Shown: in pieces, positions 34,154 to 37,017 of the stretch
How positions within the stretch are numbered: position 1 is the first letter of the stretch
How the letters are laid out: each line of letters opens with the position of its first letter
Assembly (NCBI GenBank): GCA_964604025.1
Contig: CAZRXJ010000001.1
Span: 1 to 37,017 of the forward strand
Direction of reading: 5' to 3'
From: an uncultured Saprospiraceae bacterium
GTDB lineage: Bacteria > Bacteroidota > Bacteroidia > Chitinophagales > Saprospiraceae
DNA: 37,017 nucleotides
Program-made: the position numbers and the translations under genes
Notes under the pieces: model-generated
Seen by the model: the letters and a program-made list of their open reading frames with translations, nothing else
Told to the model about the DNA's origin: nothing
Database searches by the model: none

Positions 34154-35635
34154 CTATTGTGCAAAGTCTATCTTCACTATATTGACCACATAGCTTTTTT
34201 GACTTGGAACCAATAATTCCGTTGATGATATTTGATAAGCGTCGCCAAAGCGCAGTTTCAAGTTTTGGTATTCGGTGCTAAGTACACTTGTTCTTTTATA
34301 ATTACCAGTACCATCTAATATGTACTCACTTACGGTGCTGTTATTTTTGATTTCATCATTATAAATAAGTCTCAACCTGCTGGGTGTTATAAAAGGGTAG
34401 AAAGAAGAAAATACCGCGTTATCATTTTGTGAGAACTGCTTTTTATAAAAGACTTGATGCCACTCTTTATTATTGCTTTTATCCAGAGATACAAGAATGA
34501 GGTCATCTCTATAGTGATCACTCCACGCTGAGTTGAAGGGTGTATTGTTGTTCAAGCTTGTCTGTGAAAATCCAACAGATCCACTTCTTCTGCTTATATC
34601 ATAAGACACTTCAAAAGCAATGATCGGAGTCCCGTCATCCTTCCAGATAATATCAGCCACTTTGAAGTTTTCCATTCTTTCTTTACTTCGTTCTCCATAT
34701 ACTTCAAAGAATAGCTCTTCATCAAAAGGTATGAGTTCAAATTGTTGATCGTTAAAAGATCGACTATCCCCAGATAACCAAAAGTAACCAGTACTTTCAT
34801 CTTGTCGTTTATTGTCATAGAGGCCCGCTATTCCAATTGTATTGTTTTGATTGTTAATTAAAAAAAACAAATCTTGGCAAACAATATCATTGAGAGGAAT
34901 CAAAATATCCTGGACGCGTTCTGTACCATATGGAAACTCGTATATGTGAGCAACATGGTTGTCCTTTTTATTTTTAGAATTGTTCTGCTCCGTGAACATA
35001 TAAAAAGATCCAGCGTCACTTATAGCAAAGTCTATGACATCATCATAGAGGCTTACTCCTTGAAATTTAAATTCAATATCATTGACAAATTTCTTATTCC
35101 CAATATCAATGGTCAATATTCGAATCTCATCATCACTGAGTATCTTATAGAGCGCCATTTTAGATTCGTCTTCAGACAGTACAGATTCTAAGTTTAAGCC
35201 TTTCCAATCTCTTTTCTTATTGGTTAGAAATACCGAATCAAGTCTTACTGCTGAATTATTAAATATATCTAATTTGGTAATGTCTTGACCCTCAGACCGA
35301 TAACCATATATTACTGCAAAAGCCGTATCGAGATTTACTACTTCGTAGAGATAACATCTTTTCTCGTCAAGATTTATCTGACGCTTGCTTTGAAAGACCA
35401 AGTTCTCATCATATAGCAATAATTCTCTTTCCGTACCCTTTTCTTTATAAAATAGAATGCGGTCTTCAATCTTTCCGATTATGTCATAAGCTACATTGTT
35501 ACGTATACTTATATCTGGAGAGATCGTAACTTCTTGTCCTGTTACAGATATGAGCGTTAGGAAGAAAATGGTTAAAAAAAAGAGTGAATGCTTTATGAAC
35601 ATATCTTCTTGACTTAGTCGTCTAAGATAAGTCAA
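34154..35635 (-). CDS. Hypothetical secreted protein (likely start ATG 35602, 482 aa)
   Basis: The long ORF shows no motif I recognise. From Met12 the sequence MFIKHSLFFLTIFFLTLISVTGQ is a good signal peptide. The remainder is beta-strand-rich and Asn/Asp/Lys-rich. It converges on dsbD with a 4-nt gap. Confidence 0.65.
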   Translation of the reverse strand: MTYLRRLSQEDMFIKHSLFFLTIFFLTLISVTGQEVTISPDISIRNNVAYDIIGKIEDRILFYKEKGTERELLLYDENLVFQSKRQINLDEKRCYLYEVVNLDTAFAVIYGYRSEGQDITKLDIFNNSAVRLDSVFLTNKKRDWKGLNLESVLSEDESKMALYKILSDDEIRILTIDIGNKKFVNDIEFKFQGVSLYDDVIDFAISDAGSFYMFTEQNNSKNKKDNHVAHIYEFPYGTERVQDILIPLNDIVCQDLFFLINNQNNTIGIAGLYDNKRQDESTGYFWLSGDSRSFNDQQFELIPFDEELFFEVYGERSKERMENFKVADIIWKDDGTPIIAFEVSYDISRRSGSVGFSQTSLNNNTPFNSAWSDHYRDDLILVSLDKSNNKEWHQVFYKKQFSQNDNAVFSSFYPFITPSRLRLIYNDEIKNNSTVSEYILDGTGNYKRTSVLSTEYQNLKLRFGDAYQISSTELLVPSQKSYVVNIVKIDFAQ

Positions 35636-35674
35636 ACTATCGTTAAGGGCAATACTATAAAGTAGTCTATCTTT

Positions 35675-37017
35675 TTAAGAGGTAATCAAGATCTCCTCAG
35701 TAGCAGCGTTGGAATCTATAGGTTCTATATCTTCTCCATCTACATCGAGTAGTTCAACCTTGAGATTATCGATAATAAAACGCTGTCGCTCTGGGGTGTT
35801 TTTCCCCATATAATATGATAAGATATCATTGATATCTGTGTTTTGAGAAAGATACACTGGTTCGAGTCTGATGTCCTCCCCTATAAAGCCACCAAATTCA
35901 TCTGGCGAGATTTCTCCAAGACCTTTGAATCTCGTGATTTCTGCCTTTCCTCTTAATTGTTGAACAGCCTCAGCTTTTTCGGATTCACTGTAACAATAAA
36001 ACGTTTTCTTTTTATCCCTTACTCTGAAGAGAGGGGTTTCTAAGATGTACAAGTGTCCTTGCTTGACCAGATCTGGAAAAAATTGAAGAAAAAATGTCAA
36101 CAATAGCAATCGGATGTGCATGCCATCGACATCAGCATCAGTTGCGATAACAACTCTATTATATCTCAGACCATCTATACCGTCCTCTATATTGAGCGCA
36201 TGTTGCAAGAGATTAAACTCTTCATTTTGATAGACGATCTTTTTTGTCATGTTATAACAGTTTAGCGGCTTTCCCCGCAAACTAAATACTGCTTGCGTTT
36301 GTACATTTCGTGCTTTTGTTATCGATCCGCTTGCACTATCTCCTTCTGTTATAAAGATGGTAGAATCTAATGTTTTGTCTTTCTTTTTATCGTTCAGATG
36401 TATGCGACAATCTCTTAGTTTCTTGTTATGAAGATTAGCTTTTTTTGCTCTTTCATTGGCTAACTTTTTAACACCAGCAATCTCCTTACGTTCTCGCTCT
36501 GACTGTTGGATCCTTTTTAATAAAGCCTTAGCCGTATCCTGATTTCTGTGCAAGAAATTATCTAATTCTTTCTTTACAAAATCCAATACAAAAGATCTCA
36601 TTGTCGCTCCTTGTGGTGCGACATTTTGCGACCCTAGTTTTGTCTTTGTTTGTGATTCAAATACTGGTTCTTCAACCCTTACTGATATAGCGCCGATAAT
36701 CGAAGTCTGTATATCTCTAGCATCATAGTTTTTACCATAGTGATCTCTTATTGTCTTGACTATAGCCTCTCTAAAAGCACTAAGATGTGTTCCTCCCTGT
36801 GTTGTATTTTGACCATTGACAAAAGAATAGTATTCTTCTCCATATTGGCTTGCGTGCGTTATTGCTATCTCTATATCATCCCCTATAAGGTGTATAATTG
36901 GATATCTATTGGTTTCTTTATTGGTCTTATTCTTTAAGAGATCAAGCAGGCCATCTTTAGAATAGATTGTCCTTTTATTAAATTTTAATTTTAACCCTGC
37001 ATTAAGGTAAGCGTAAT
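35675..37017 (-). CDS. parE: Type IIA topoisomerase subunit B, topoisomerase IV ParE-like (C-terminal ~447 codons; 5' end beyond the window)
   Basis: The track ORF (35675-36601) is only the part after an internal Met. The same frame stays open to 37017 and reads ...[28 protein letters not shown]...[40 protein letters not shown]...[14 protein letters not shown].... Toprim motifs [10 protein letters not shown] and [19 protein letters not shown] are present. The [11 protein letters not shown] and TPLFRV pattern looks like Bacteroidota ParE rather than GyrB, but that distinction comes from memory only. Confidence 0.8.
   Translation of the reverse strand, partial: YAYLNAGLKLKFNKRTIYSKDGLLDLLKNKTNKETNRYPIIHLIGDDIEIAITHASQYGEEYYSFVNGQNTTQGGTHLSAFREAIVKTIRDHYGKNYDARDIQTSIIGAISVRVEEPVFESQTKTKLGSQNVAPQGATMRSFVLDFVKKELDNFLHRNQDTAKALLKRIQQSERERKEIAGVKKLANERAKKANLHNKKLRDCRIHLNDKKKDKTLDSTIFITEGDSASGSITKARNVQTQAVFSLRGKPLNCYNMTKKIVYQNEEFNLLQHALNIEDGIDGLRYNRVVIATDADVDGMHIRLLLLTFFLQFFPDLVKQGHLYILETPLFRVRDKKKTFYCYSESEKAEAVQQLRGKAEITRFKGLGEISPDEFGGFIGEDIRLEPVYLSQNTDINDILSYYMGKNTPERQRFIIDNLKVELLDVDGEDIEPIDSNAATEEILITS

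Noticed and set aside
1-37017. CRISPR arrays, IS elements, prophage remnants, toxin-antitoxin or defence-system genes
   Set aside because: I saw no regularly spaced direct repeats. No ORF carries transposase, integrase, nuclease, helicase or large ATPase defence-type motifs. Apart from the five intergenic regions discussed, gaps are shorter than 150 bp.

Overview
The window is AT-rich, gene-dense chromosomal DNA, and I assign it to Bacteroidota. The grounds are two ORFs ending in T9SS C-terminal sorting domains (one type A, one type B), several TTTG-N19-TAnnTTTG-like promoter boxes, a bacterial PcrB/GGGP-synthase homologue and a Bacteroidota-style ParE.

Gene content, left to right:
- 1-3553, minus strand: the tail of a surface-glycan cluster (GT4, a eukaryote-like PAPS sulfotransferase, GT2, a Wzy-like polymerase).
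- dnaX, a thioredoxin-fold protein and a lipoprotein Ntn-hydrolase acylase (penicillin/AHL acylase family).
- A minus-strand pcrB-rsgA-ribA operon preceded by an unusually long 412-bp intergenic region.
- An AraC regulator and two tandem, intact class A PBPs.
- A small membrane protein followed by two large T9SS cargo genes: a Cys-framed DxDxDG/SprB-repeat protein with a type B CTD, and an S1 protease with P-domain and type A CTD.
- ypfJ, one tRNA(CAU) and an orphan TauD-family dioxygenase.
- A minus-strand rsmA-yqeY-M1 aminopeptidase operon.
- pdxA, an unknown polytopic membrane protein and a DsbD-family reductase with a duplicated N-terminal domain.
- An unknown secreted 482-493 aa protein and a partial parE.

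I found no transposase, integrase, CRISPR array, rRNA or recognisable defence or toxin genes, and I do not see a convincing novel multi-gene system. Most of the window is ordinary core genome.

The observations most worth follow-up are:
1. An A9 slippery run in dnaX with an immediate out-of-frame stop, which may be gamma/tau recoding.
2. A terminator-bearing leader or small transcription unit upstream of pcrB.
3. The T9SS cargo pair.
4. The sulfotransferase in the glycan cluster.
5. The duplicated DsbD N-domain.

All calls rest on motifs read by eye from the supplied translations and on hand-indexed coordinates. No database search or RNA folding was run.
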